From the NCBI GenBank assembly GCA_030426125.1, contig JAUHZB010000001.1:222583-286582 (forward strand): a stretch of 64,000 nt of DNA, read 5' to 3'. Source of the DNA: a bacterium (lineage in GTDB: Bacteria; Patescibacteriota; Saccharimonadia; Saccharimonadales; AWTP1-31). The notes beneath the pieces were generated by a model. That model did no database searches. It was given only the letters and a program-made list of their open reading frames with translations, and had not been told where the DNA came from. Both the position numbers and the translations under genes were made by a program. This document shows, piece by piece, positions 1-10,023 of the stretch; position 1 is the first letter of the stretch; each line of letters begins with the position of its first letter.

Positions 1-3000
1 CAGTCGACGGTTGATTTTCAGTCGGAGTGTTGGTTGTCGGCGACCCGGTGGTTGGGGTGGGGGCTTCGGTTTCCTCGGTCGGCTCTTCTGGATCATTTTC
101 ATCTCCTGGCTCATCAGTTGGATCTGGATCGGTGGTAGTTGAACCAAGGACGTGCTGAAAAGCTTTGTTGTTGTTTCCGCTAAAGTTAAATACCGGATCA
201 AAGTAATCGGTTACCAAAGAGGACGAAACGTTATTGAATGTTGTGCCTAAGCCAATGCCACTAGTGAACAAGTCGTTACTGTTCATTAGATTAAAGACTT
301 GACTAGTTATATCTGAATCATCTTCTTCGATTATGAAGTCGATATCTACAAGATCACTAAAATGTGGACCTCTTATCGGTATAAAAATGGCTTTAATAGT
401 TGGGTTTGAATAGGAGGCAGTGGCTTCACCGCTGACACTAATTTTATGGCTTGATCCACTAGCCAATGATGCCAAATTTCCAGACGACAGCATAGATACT
501 CTGAGTAATTTTTTATTATGATTGGGTCCGTTGTTTGCTATTGAAGTGATATCATACAGCGCCATGGGTGTCGCGTGATCATGACTGCTTACGATTGGTC
601 CTGCTTCGGCAATATTGTTGATTGTGTATATAGTAATGTCGTCGCTTGAAATGTTTTGGATGTCGAAAGATCCAGGCAATAGCACATAGAGGTCGTTCCA
701 GTTGCTATAGCGATATTTATTCGGTCCATTGTTGGTAATTGTTATGTCATAAGATATTGAAGTGCCAGAAGCTATTGGTCGTTTTTTACTGGAATTAATA
801 TCGACCGATAAATCTGTTTCTCCGCAGTAATTTCCAAAAACTGTTGAACTAGTAATATCTACTATCCAGCTGTGATTATCTACCAGGTCATCAATCGCAT
901 CTTGGGCGTCACAGATACTAAACACACCGGCAAGACGTACTCCACTTTGGACTGCTTGGCCAGCCCAGCTTGTAATCATAGTATCGATCTGTTGAGGTGT
1001 ATGGCTGGTTAGTGCGAAAATATTATCCATTGTAGTTACGCTGGTTACATCCCAGTCACTTAAGTCTTGAGAAAAATCCATTCTCTCTGGTTCATCTGAA
1101 GTTGTCGGGTAGCCAGGGTAAGAGATAAACATATTCGACATGTTTGTAACACTACTAGTGTCCCATTCATTAAGGGGTTGGTTAAAGTTATTTGCACCTA
1201 AAAACATTGAAGTCATGTTTGTTACGTTACTGGTATCCCAGCTATTAAGTGGCTGATTGAAGCTAGTAGCTAGCCCAAACATGCTGTCCATTCTGGTCAC
1301 ACTGCTAGTGTCCCATTCATCAAGTGGTTGGTTGAAGCTAGATGCACCAGTAAACATCGTTTCCATGTGCACGACGCTGGATACATCCCAGTCGTTTAGT
1401 GATTGGTTGAAGTCCGACTGCATGCTAGGTCCGGAGGCAAATGTACCACGCATATCAGTTACGCTGTCGACATCCCAATTACTTAGAGGCTGATTAAAGC
1501 TAGTAGCACCTTGGAAGGTAGCGAATAAGTTATCGAGGTTAGTCGTGGTCCAATCATTAAGTGATTGATTAAAGGCGGCCGCCTCGTCGAACATATATGA
1601 CATATCTTCAACAGCACTGACGTCCCAATTACTCAGTGGCTGGTTAAAACTGGTGGCACTGTCAAACATGCCAGTCATTGTTGTAACGCTACTAGTATCC
1701 CAGTTGTATAGCGAACCATTAAAGTTATCTGTGTCTCTAAAGGTTCTCGACATTACCGAAACGTTGCTAGTATCCCAAAAGCCAAGGTTATTATTTAAAG
1801 AATCAGCCCCGAAGAATGTTTCGTTCATTGATGATACGGAATTTAAATTAGGTGCATCTAGGGCAACTATTTCCAGATTTGAGGCGTTTTGGAAGGCTCC
1901 GTTAAATGTTGTCCAAGAATTGCTTCCCCATTGATTAACTTCTAGTATCTTTTCGTAGTCAGAACCTAAGGCGGTATGAATGCTAGGGAAGAGACCTTTA
2001 ATGCGAATGGTGTAGGTGCCTGGAGAGCCAAAGTCGTGCGTTGTATTAGTTGTTAGATTTGTTTCCTCAAATACTCCGTCGTTATCCCAGTCAACGTCGT
2101 AGTCGTATGTACCACCATAGCCAGCATAGGTAGGGATGGTTATGGAGTTGTCGTCAGATCCTCCAGGGTTGTCTGTCTTCCAAGTTGTAATAAATTCATC
2201 TGATTGATATTGCCCGTTGTAGGTGACTGAATTATCGCTGGATGTTGAGGCTTGATTAGTGTCGCTGGGGTTGCTTAGAGAAATAACTTGATCGGCAGAA
2301 ATACTTGGAGTAATTGTTCCAGATGAGCTGGCCGATATTCTTACTTCAAATGTTGTTGAGTCAAAAGGAGTGGTTTCTGAAATTGATTCAACAGTTTGGC
2401 CGGCTGCTGTTCCAGATAGGGTTATATCGGAGCCTATAAAACTTAGGTTATTAATTGCTTCTGAAAAAGTTACGGTAAATACTGAAGTATAAGACGGGTT
2501 TGGGTCTGCAGATCCGGTTTTCTGATTTATTGTTACCGCAACGGTGGTGGCTGCTTCAACATTGGATATCTGGCTAGAGATAGTGCCTAAGGAAGCTAGT
2601 ATTACTAGCAAACTACTTGCGGTTGCATATGTTAAAGATTTCCATTTATAACGAAGCAACGGGAAGATCACTACCGATAAATGATGAATAAAACTATATT
2701 TTACTACAGGGCTGAAATTAGAAGAGTTTAGGCTTTTATTGTGCTGGGTATAATCCATCCATAAATATAGACTTGCCCCGACAAATAATAGAAGTGGCAG
2801 GCTGCCAACTACGATGTTTTGAAGCCATAAATTGTAATTACTTAAGTCTTGTTGCAGATAAGTGTTAATAGCCGGTATTTTCAGTAAAGCACTGGTTGCG
2901 AAGACTGCTATTGCAAACAGCAAAGCCGGGATAATATAATAACGATACCTAACAAAAAAACGAAAACGGTATTTTACGAGATTAAAACGGAGTTTGTGAT

Positions 3001-3025
3001 TTAACTTGGATATTAGTTTTTTCAT
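1..3025 (-). CDS. Large surface protein, N-terminal ~1,008 aa only (the C-terminus lies beyond the left window edge). It has a multi-TM anchor, Ig/PKD-like modules, DUF285/BspA-type repeats, a DUF11-like module and an acidic Pro/Thr-rich linker. It is a paralog of 3100..8250.
   Basis: Absent from the ORF track because no stop lies in the window. My own minus-strand translation from the ATG at 3025 ([33 protein letters not shown]...) stays open to position 2. The frame was spot-checked at 3025, 1078, 538 and 58. Repeats follow FNQPLxxWDxSxVTxMxxMF. The first ~290 aa align colinearly with the 3100..8250 product. Confidence 0.8.
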   Translation of the reverse strand, partial: MKKLISKLNHKLRFNLVKYRFRFFVRYRYYIIPALLFAIAVFATSALLKIPAINTYLQQDLSNYNLWLQNIVVGSLPLLLFVGASLYLWMDYTQHNKSLNSSNFSPVVKYSFIHHLSVVIFPLLRYKWKSLTYATASSLLVILASLGTISSQISNVEAATTVAVTINQKTGSADPNPSYTSVFTVTFSEAINNLSFIGSDITLSGTAAGQTVESISETTPFDSTTFEVRISASSSGTITPSISADQVISLSNPSDTNQASTSSDNSVTYNGQYQSDEFITTWKTDNPGGSDDNSITIPTYAGYGGTYDYDVDWDNDGVFEETNLTTNTTHDFGSPGTYTIRIKGLFPSIHTALGSDYEKILEVNQWGSNSWTTFNGAFQNASNLEIVALDAPNLNSVSSMNETFFGADSLNNNLGFWDTSNVSVMSRTFRDTDNFNGSLYNWDTSSVTTMTGMFDSATSFNQPLSNWDVSAVEDMSYMFDEAAAFNQSLNDWTTTNLDNLFATFQGATSFNQPLSNWDVDSVTDMRGTFASGPSMQSDFNQSLNDWDVSSVVHMETMFTGASSFNQPLDEWDTSSVTRMDSMFGLATSFNQPLNSWDTSNVTNMTSMFLGANNFNQPLNEWDTSSVTNMSNMFISYPGYPTTSDEPERMDFSQDLSDWDVTSVTTMDNIFALTSHTPQQIDTMITSWAGQAVQSGVRLAGVFSICDAQDAIDDLVDNHSWIVDITSSTVFGNYCGETDLSVDINSSKKRPIASGTSISYDITITNNGPNKYRYSNWNDLYVLLPGSFDIQNISSDDITIYTINNIAEAGPIVSSHDHATPMALYDITSIANNGPNHNKKLLRVSMLSSGNLASLASGSSHKISVSGEATASYSNPTIKAIFIPIRGPHFSDLVDIDFIIEEDDSDITSQVFNLMNSNDLFTSGIGLGTTFNNVSSSLVTDYFDPVFNFSGNNNKAFQHVLGSTTTDPDPTDEPGDENDPEEPTEETEAPTPTTGSPTTNTPTENQPST
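1020..1900 (-). repeat. Tandem ~25-30-aa DUF285/BspA-like coding repeats inside the 1..3025 gene
   Basis: About 10 units of the FNQ(P/S)LxxWD(T/V)SxVTxMxxMF type are visible in the translation. The plus-strand ORFs 1257..1493 and 1653..1934 are antisense shadows of these repeats. Confidence 0.75.
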
Positions 3026-3099
3026 TATCTATTTCAGATGACACACTATTAATACTTAAGTTTATTTTAGCATGTCTAAGGGGTATCTTCAGGGTTTGC

Positions 3100-6000
3100 T
3101 TATTTGGTAAACATTGGTTTTGGTGTAATCAGCAGTGGCGCTGAATTTTCCAATTTTTTCTCTCTCGGTAAACGTATATTTACTACCAATCCAGACCCCT
3201 TGCTATTTGTTGCCTTTAAATCACCACCCAGCTTAGTAACAACTAGCTTATTAACATATAGACTTAAACCTAGACCAGGCTGGTTGTAGGTTTCTACATC
3301 AGTTGTTTTAGTGAAAGGTTGGAACAATTGATCAAGTTTGTCTTTAGGTATGCCTGGTCCTTGGTCAGTAATTGAAATATTAATGTGTTTATTTACCGGA
3401 TGAGCTTTTATTATTACATTAGTATTTTCGGGGCTAAAGCGAATGGCGTTGTCTAGAGTGGAGCCAATAATTTGCTGAAGCTCTTGTGGCTGTATTTTAG
3501 CTAATGTGTTTTGTGATATATCTAGTTTAATATTAACTTTCTTGGCACTTGCATGGGTACTATATTGGTTAGCTATTTGAGCAATTTCTTGACTTAGATT
3601 TAGTACTGGTGGGTCACTAGATGGCTGGCTAAGACGACTGACACTTGTCAGACTAGCTACTGTAGCAGATAGCATAGATAGACCATTAAACAGAGTTTTC
3701 GTTTCAGGAATAGAGGTTAGTTTTGCGCTGGCTATTTTCAAATTCTCATAATTGTTAGACAGTACGCTAGATGCTTTGTCTATGAAGTCATTTCGTTGCT
3801 TAATTAATCGTTGTTGCGTATATATGGCCTGCTGTTTGATATTTTGGGCTATCTTTAATGTTTCTCTCTGCTTGAAAGTAGCTGCCAAAATGACACAGAT
3901 AAGTAACAGGCAGATAAGTTGTAGGCTTTGCTGAGCTAAGTCTAATTGATACAACTGGGCATTAGCGAACAGAACTACTACCAGGATTAGAGCCCCACTG
4001 ACAATGGCTATCGGGACAAATACAGCTGGGTTTTTTAGGGCAGATCCAGACTTAGGTATGGTTGCCATTAAACTTAGTAGATAGCTCTGATTATCCCCTG
4101 AATCTGCACTAGAACTATTACTACCAACAAGTGCTTGGCTTGACGAGCTATCGGAAATGGCCAGCTGAGCATCAAGGCTAAGATTACTGACATCTTGTTT
4201 GTAATGGGCAAGGGTATTTAATAGATGATCTGCGCTGTTTTTTGGTATTTTACTTTGGGAATTAAGTAATTCAACGGCTCCGGACATGATAGCTACCGGA
4301 GTATTAAGATGATGATTAACTACTTTAATGTAGGTGTCGGTAGCTTCTTTAGAAGCTTGTAGGTTATTTAGTGCATTAATTAATTGTTTGTTGCTTAGGA
4401 ATTGTTTTCTTGCTCGCCAGGCATAGATCATAGTTAGAATAAGTAGGATTAGTAGCAACAACCAGGATATAAATTGACTAGCAATATCTGATACAGACTT
4501 TGGCTCAGTATTGTCAATATCTTGGAATTGGAATGATTCTCCACCCGGGGATCCTAGACCAGGAATAGGATCGTTTGTAACTCTTTGAGGTGTGGGGCTG
4601 TTGGTTGGTGTGTTGGGGGCTATTGGCTGAGTGGTACTTACTGGAACATCACCAGGTGATGGTGGATCTTCAGGGTCGGGTGGATTATCTATTGGTTCAG
4701 GATCTTCTCCTGGTGTTTCTGGGTTGGGGCCCTCGGACCCAACAAATGTTGGGAAAGTGCTGAATTCCGTTCGCCATATATCATCGAAATCCCATAGATT
4801 AAGTGGTGGGTTTTGTTTATTGTTAACGAAATATGTCTCCAACGAGTTGTCGACATTGATAGTGGTACAACTGTCTGTGATATCCACCGGTGATCCTTCA
4901 CCGTCAAGTGATAGAGTGTAGCAATTGGCTTGAGTGGTTCTGGTCTGATCATAGTAGTTATTGGTTAGGGTTATTGAATCTCCAGCTACTGCTTTAATTA
5001 AACCAGCAGATGGACCCAAATTATCTGAAGGCGCGGTTATGGTACCAACCGCGAATGAGTTAATTACACTAGACCCGGTAAGTATTGGTGAAGCTTGGGA
5101 CTGAAGCAGACCGATTAGACCGCCCACAGGTGCTTGAGTTTGGGGATCGTGAACCGCCGTAATGTTCATAGATGAGTAGCTATCCCGGATAGTAGCCGAA
5201 TGTAGCCAACCGGCTAAACCTCCGGTCATAATAACACCTGTGGTGTAGGATAGATCACCAGTTGAATAACTGTTGGCAATATCCGCGTAACCTCTACCAA
5301 CAATTCCTCCAACGCCCGCTGCATTAGAGGTATTGTCTAGTTCTATAGAGACATCACTAAAAGATTTCTGAATTACCGTTTTTAGCTCCAAAGATTGTAA
5401 ACCGCTAGTTCCGACTAGTCCTCCGACTGAGGCAGGGCCGTAAATATCTCCACCATTAGGCCTGTTAACTAATATTTGTCCCGTTACTGAACTAGTGGAT
5501 ATATTAGAACCAGAATCATTACCTATTAACCCGCCAGAGCCCGAAACAGTTTGCTCTTCATCGCTGGCGCCAGACCAGACTTCTAGTCTTAGGTTATTAA
5601 AATGTACGTTGCTAATACTAGCTAAATTTGCAAAGTTGGCTAAACCGGCACCCATTAGGCCAATTTGATTTCCTCCAACTGAGACCATGTCTTTAAAGGT
5701 TATGTCTTTAATAACTGCACCGTACAGGTTGTAGAAAACAGAGTTGTAGGTTCCCAGTTCTTCACTGTTCTGGTAAATTCCAGTTACAGTGTGGCCTTGT
5801 CCATCCAGTTCACCAGCAAAAGAGTAGGCGGTAACACGGAATCCTACTGGATCATCAGTATCCAGGTCACTCCAGTACCAATTTTGAGTCTCACTGCAGT
5901 CTATGTCGCTAGTGAGTTCATATCTAGCATAAATATCATTATTTACTTCCAGGGTTTGTCTGTTGATAAACATGCCTTGGAATTGTTCACAGTCGGAAAT

Positions 6001-8250
6001 GGTGTAGGTGGTTTGAGAAAGTGTTGTGGTAGTAAAGGTATCCGACCAGTCGCCAGCTAGTGTGCTCGGGTATGGATCGATATCCTTTATAGCTTTCACT
6101 CTAAAGTTATAAGAGGTACTCGGTTTAAGGCCTGGGACAAAGGTTTGACTGATTTCAATTCTAGCAATAATGCCATAAAATTCTGTCCACTCAGCGGAGG
6201 CTGACTCTTTGTATTCAACAGCGTAGCTATCGGCGTCGGCAACATCATCCCAATCTAAATCAACTGCTGTTACATTGGGGGTTCCGGTTAGGTTTTGGGG
6301 AGTGCCCGGTGGGTCAGGACAGGTAACGTCTTTACCGGAGTCATTGATTGTCCAGCTATATGTATCGATAATATTTTGTCTAGCATCAGCCGATAGACAG
6401 TAGGTGCTAGTACCTCCATCGAATGTAACGTTAGGTTGTAAGACCAATAGGTTCCAGGCAGATATAGTGTCGTCGTAATTTTCAAAAGATAATCCTGAGC
6501 CTCCAGTGAACATGTTGGTCATATTTGTAACATTAACAATATTCCAATCAGCAAGTGATTGATCGAAGGAAGTTGCTACTGCGAACATTGCTGACATGGT
6601 GGTTACTTCACCTACGTCCCAGCCGCTAATATCTTGATTGAAATCTTCAGCAAACACAAACATACTGGCCATAGTTTCTACATTACTAGTATCCCAATTT
6701 TCCAGAGGTTGGTTAAAGGCGGCTGCAGATCTAAAGGTATCAGTCATTATGGTTACAGATTGGGTATCCCAGTCATTGAGCGGTTGGTTAAAGGCGTCGG
6801 TTTCCTCAAACATCTCATGCAGGGTTGTAAAATTACTAGTATCCCAACTATCTAAAGGCTGATTGAAGGCTTCTGCGTTATAGAACATTTGCTGTGGGTC
6901 GGTTACAGAGCCCATGCTCCAGTTATTAAGCGGTTGGTCAAAGGTCTCGGTGTTAGCAAACATTGCCCTGGTTGAGGTTATGTTGCTTACATCCCAGTGA
7001 TTAATGTCGGAGTTAAATGCAGTTGCTCCATTGAACATATTAGCTAAGCCATATTCTTCTAAACCTGGGTCAGATAAATCGGGAGCATCAACTGCGCTTA
7101 TTTGAACGTTGGTGGCAGCCGAAAATGCACCGTTAAGCTTCTCCCATGGATTTGTCCCCCATTGGACAATGTCAAGGAATTTTTGCTCATCTCTTCCGGC
7201 TCCACTTAAGCCAAAGGAAGGATAATCCCCTCGGATTCTGATAGTGTATGTGCCTGCAACACCAAAGTCATGGCTGAGACCGGTAGTTTGGTTTAGCTGG
7301 TCATAGGTACCATCATTGTCCCAGTCGATATCAAAGTCGAAGGTTCCAATGTCGGCGTCAAGTATTATTGATGTGTCATTAGATAATCCCGGATTATCTG
7401 TTTTCCAGGTAGTAATAAATTCTTCGGGCTGGTATTGACCATTGTAGGTGACTGAATTGTCGCTGGAGGTTGAAGCCTGATTAGTATTGCTTGGGCCATT
7501 CAGGCCAATTACCTGGTCAGCATCAATACTTGGAGTAATGGTTCCGGAAGAGGTAGCCGAGATACGTACTTCAAAATTTGTTGAATCAAACGGACTGATC
7601 TCTGATATAGATTGTACAGCCTGTCCGGGAGCTGTTCCACCTAGAGTAAGATCAGTACTAATAAAACTTACACTATCTATCGCTTCAGAGAAAGAAACAC
7701 TAAAGACTGAAGTATATGAAGGATTAGGATCATCGCTACCAGTTTTCTGATTGATAGTCACCTCAATTGTACTGGCAGCTTCAACATTGGTTATATGGCT
7801 AGATGCAGTGCCCAGGAAAGTTAGGATTATTAGCAGACTCATTGAAGTTACGTAGGTCAGGGGCTTCCACTTGTAGCGCAGTAAGGGCAGGATAACTATC
7901 ATTATGTGGTGATAGAAACTATATTTAATGTCTAGGGCGGTATTCGTTAGATTTAAGCTTTTACTGTGCTGGATGTAATCCATCCATAAATATAAGCTAG
8001 CGCCTAAGATAAGTAGTAACGGTAAACTACTGACAACTATATTTTGTAGCCATAAATTGGAATTACTTAGGTCTTGGCTGAGGTAAGCTGTAATCGCTGG
8101 TATTTTAAGCAGGGCGGTGGTGGCCAGGATCGTGATAACTACCAGTAAAATCGGGATAATGTAGTAGCGGTAGCGAACAAGATAGCGGAATCTATACTTT
8201 ACTAGTACATATCGTAAGTAGTGGGATATTTTTGAGTAGCTATTTTTCAT
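3100..8250 (-). CDS. Giant membrane sensor histidine kinase with an adhesin-like ectodomain (DUF285 repeats, FN3-like and GLUG-like repeats)
   Basis: The track ORF is 3100..8271 (GTG). The ATG at 8250 (MKNSYSKISHYLRY...) aligns with the paralog start and is preferred. Read from the translation, N to C: N-terminal TM helices; Ig/PKD-like modules (DWDNDGTYD...THDFGVAGTYTIRIRG); seven 25-aa DUF285 repeats; FN3-like (PQNLTGTPNVTAVDLDWDDV...YNFRVKA). Next come GGLxG repeats (GGLIG, VGGLVG, VGGIVG, TGGLAG, VGGLIG), a Pro-rich linker, a TM helix, the H-box NHHLNTPV and two more TM helices. The HATPase_c boxes are N (LDNAIRFSP), G1 (DQGPGIP), F (LFQPF) and G2 (GLGLSL). Confidence 0.85.
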   Translation of the reverse strand: MKNSYSKISHYLRYVLVKYRFRYLVRYRYYIIPILLVVITILATTALLKIPAITAYLSQDLSNSNLWLQNIVVSSLPLLLILGASLYLWMDYIQHSKSLNLTNTALDIKYSFYHHIMIVILPLLRYKWKPLTYVTSMSLLIILTFLGTASSHITNVEAASTIEVTINQKTGSDDPNPSYTSVFSVSFSEAIDSVSFISTDLTLGGTAPGQAVQSISEISPFDSTNFEVRISATSSGTITPSIDADQVIGLNGPSNTNQASTSSDNSVTYNGQYQPEEFITTWKTDNPGLSNDTSIILDADIGTFDFDIDWDNDGTYDQLNQTTGLSHDFGVAGTYTIRIRGDYPSFGLSGAGRDEQKFLDIVQWGTNPWEKLNGAFSAATNVQISAVDAPDLSDPGLEEYGLANMFNGATAFNSDINHWDVSNITSTRAMFANTETFDQPLNNWSMGSVTDPQQMFYNAEAFNQPLDSWDTSNFTTLHEMFEETDAFNQPLNDWDTQSVTIMTDTFRSAAAFNQPLENWDTSNVETMASMFVFAEDFNQDISGWDVGEVTTMSAMFAVATSFDQSLADWNIVNVTNMTNMFTGGSGLSFENYDDTISAWNLLVLQPNVTFDGGTSTYCLSADARQNIIDTYSWTINDSGKDVTCPDPPGTPQNLTGTPNVTAVDLDWDDVADADSYAVEYKESASAEWTEFYGIIARIEISQTFVPGLKPSTSYNFRVKAIKDIDPYPSTLAGDWSDTFTTTTLSQTTYTISDCEQFQGMFINRQTLEVNNDIYARYELTSDIDCSETQNWYWSDLDTDDPVGFRVTAYSFAGELDGQGHTVTGIYQNSEELGTYNSVFYNLYGAVIKDITFKDMVSVGGNQIGLMGAGLANFANLASISNVHFNNLRLEVWSGASDEEQTVSGSGGLIGNDSGSNISTSSVTGQILVNRPNGGDIYGPASVGGLVGTSGLQSLELKTVIQKSFSDVSIELDNTSNAAGVGGIVGRGYADIANSYSTGDLSYTTGVIMTGGLAGWLHSATIRDSYSSMNITAVHDPQTQAPVGGLIGLLQSQASPILTGSSVINSFAVGTITAPSDNLGPSAGLIKAVAGDSITLTNNYYDQTRTTQANCYTLSLDGEGSPVDITDSCTTINVDNSLETYFVNNKQNPPLNLWDFDDIWRTEFSTFPTFVGSEGPNPETPGEDPEPIDNPPDPEDPPSPGDVPVSTTQPIAPNTPTNSPTPQRVTNDPIPGLGSPGGESFQFQDIDNTEPKSVSDIASQFISWLLLLILLILTMIYAWRARKQFLSNKQLINALNNLQASKEATDTYIKVVNHHLNTPVAIMSGAVELLNSQSKIPKNSADHLLNTLAHYKQDVSNLSLDAQLAISDSSSSQALVGSNSSSADSGDNQSYLLSLMATIPKSGSALKNPAVFVPIAIVSGALILVVVLFANAQLYQLDLAQQSLQLICLLLICVILAATFKQRETLKIAQNIKQQAIYTQQRLIKQRNDFIDKASSVLSNNYENLKIASAKLTSIPETKTLFNGLSMLSATVASLTSVSRLSQPSSDPPVLNLSQEIAQIANQYSTHASAKKVNIKLDISQNTLAKIQPQELQQIIGSTLDNAIRFSPENTNVIIKAHPVNKHINISITDQGPGIPKDKLDQLFQPFTKTTDVETYNQPGLGLSLYVNKLVVTKLGGDLKATNSKGSGLVVNIRLPREKKLENSAPLLITPKPMFTK
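6472..7149 (-). repeat. Seven tandem 25-aa (75-nt) DUF285/BspA-like coding repeats
   Basis: Units: FNSDINHWDVSNITSTRAMF, FDQPLNNWSMGSVTDPQQMF, FNQPLDSWDTSNFTTLHEMF, FNQPLNDWDTQSVTIMTDTF, FNQPLENWDTSNVETMASMF, FNQDISGWDVGEVTTMSAMF, FDQSLADWNIVNVTNMTNMF. Plus-strand ORFs 6634..6855 and 6638..6862 are antisense shadows. Confidence 0.85.
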
Positions 8251-8416
8251 CAATACTTTAACTGGTCGCACACTTATTTATTCTTAAGCTTATTTTATCA
8301 TGCTTAAGGATGTCTCGGGATTGGAAGAACGGAGTGAGCGAATTAGATTAAGTAAATAGAGTTGACTCAATAAGCACAACGGCTATATAATGTAATCACT
8401 TCTTAAAAACAAAAAA

Positions 8417-9970
8417 ATGAAAATACAAAAAATACCTATTTGGCCGAAGTTAGCTATTGCTGTCTTTGTTGTAGCCGGTAGTTTTATGCTGTTTGGGGGT
8501 CGTGCTGAAGCGGCCACCATTACTGTTGGTGGTGGCTGTACTCTAAGCGATGCCATTACAGCCACAAATAACGATAGTGATGAAGGTAGTTGCGTGAGCG
8601 TTGGGGCTTATGGCGCTGATACTATAAATATCCCAAGTGGCACAACTACCAGAACAGATAATACGCTAGCTACTGATGATCTTAGTATTGTCGGCGCAGG
8701 TGCCGGAACTACTATAGTTGATGGTGACGATAGCTATAGTGGTCTAATTTGCCAACATTCGGGTGGCGGATTGCTAGATTTTTCTATCAGTAACCTGACT
8801 ATCCAAAATACCGGATCAGGTAGCGGGGCCTATCCAATAGCCGCATATAACTGCAACCTTGATTTAGAGAATATTGAAATAACTGATGGAGAAGAAGCTG
8901 TTGGAAATATTTTCTTTACTACCGCCGAAGATGGGGCAACAGCCGATTTGACTGTTAATGATGTATATATCCACGATACAGAAGGTAATGGCTTGACGAT
9001 ACAACTGCAAGGACAGGGTGTTGATGATGCAGTCGATGCCGTGATTGATGGCCTCACGGTGGCTAGTCATGGTGTTAGTGGCCTCACTACCGGCGGAATT
9101 ATGTTAATATCCGGCAATTCTGACACTGCCAGTACCCACACCAGTGATATCTTAGTTCGCAACTCAACTTTTATAGGAGATGACACCTATGATACTTTCG
9201 GCGTGATGGCTCAGACTCAGTCGTCGGTAAACGGAGTCACTGACAATATAGATATTGCACTGCAAAATGTAACCATAGTTGATCATGACATTGCCTCTGA
9301 CTTTCCAGCTTCTGGAGTATTAGCCGCGGCATATGCTGGTAGTGGCGGAAATGCTAATATAGCCTACACTTTAAAGAATGTTCTAATGGCAAATAACACC
9401 GCTGCATCCAGTCCTGCTACTTGTTTAGGGATGCCTTTTGGGGGTGGTGGTACTGAAGTAGCCACCATTACTTCACTGGGTAATAATATAGTAGATGATG
9501 CCAGCTGTAGTTTTGCACAGAGTGGTGACCAGCAAAGTGTCGCCGGCTTGATAGATACCCTTGATGATCCGGCCGCCAACGGTGGTTTTGGAAGAACCTT
9601 AGCACTGCTTGATGGTTCACCGGCTATTGACGGCGGTGGTGTGGTTGCCGGGATTTCTACTGATCAGAGGGGTGTATCTCGACCGCAGGGCTCGGCTTTT
9701 GATGTCGGTTCCTATGAATTAGAGCAAGAATCTAGTGGTGGTGATTCTGAAGAACCAAGCGGTGGCGATCAGCAGGGAAGCAATAACTCCCAGGATTCAG
9801 ATGGCGAAACCACAACACTTGCCGATAGTGGCAGCACTCCCGGTGTACCCGACACCGGCTTTGGCTTTAAGCTTCTAAAAACTAACCCCTTATTAACCTT
9901 AATTGTAAGTACTAGCATATCTGCTGCTTTGTATCTTACAGCCCGTTATTACAAAAGAGCATCTAGCTAA
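8417..9970 (+). CDS. Secreted parallel beta-helix-type repeat protein with a C-terminal VPDTG cell-wall sorting signal
   Basis: Signal peptide (KLAIAVFVVAGSFMLFGGRAEA). An N-terminal GGGCTLSDAITATNND motif of the type seen at the start of beta-helix surface proteins. Gly/Thr/Asn/Asp-rich repeats. C-terminus is VPDTG, a hydrophobic stretch, then RYYKRASS. Confidence 0.75.
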   Translation: MKIQKIPIWPKLAIAVFVVAGSFMLFGGRAEAATITVGGGCTLSDAITATNNDSDEGSCVSVGAYGADTINIPSGTTTRTDNTLATDDLSIVGAGAGTTIVDGDDSYSGLICQHSGGGLLDFSISNLTIQNTGSGSGAYPIAAYNCNLDLENIEITDGEEAVGNIFFTTAEDGATADLTVNDVYIHDTEGNGLTIQLQGQGVDDAVDAVIDGLTVASHGVSGLTTGGIMLISGNSDTASTHTSDILVRNSTFIGDDTYDTFGVMAQTQSSVNGVTDNIDIALQNVTIVDHDIASDFPASGVLAAAYAGSGGNANIAYTLKNVLMANNTAASSPATCLGMPFGGGGTEVATITSLGNNIVDDASCSFAQSGDQQSVAGLIDTLDDPAANGGFGRTLALLDGSPAIDGGGVVAGISTDQRGVSRPQGSAFDVGSYELEQESSGGDSEEPSGGDQQGSNNSQDSDGETTTLADSGSTPGVPDTGFGFKLLKTNPLLTLIVSTSISAALYLTARYYKRASS

Positions 9971-9985
9971 ACTAATAAAGAAACA

Positions 9986-10012
9986 TTGGCACTCTAGTAC
10001 ATCAAGTGCTAA
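9986..10012 (+). promoter_or_regulatory. CIRCE operator (HrcA binding site) upstream of dnaJ
   Basis: TTGGCACTC-N9-AAGTGCTAA versus consensus TTAGCACTC-N9-GAGTGCTAA (16/18 match, exact 9-nt spacer). It overlaps a TAAAAT -10-like hexamer at 10009..10014. Confidence 0.8.
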
Positions 10013-10023
10013 AATATATGGGT

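Noticed and set aside
1257-1934. Plus-strand ORFs 1257..1493 and 1653..1934 (similarly 6634..6855 and 6638..6862)
   Set aside because: They are antisense shadows of the DUF285 repeat arrays. Their translations (LLVSQ..GWLK repeats) mirror the periodicity of the minus-strand gene, which has a continuous, motif-rich frame.
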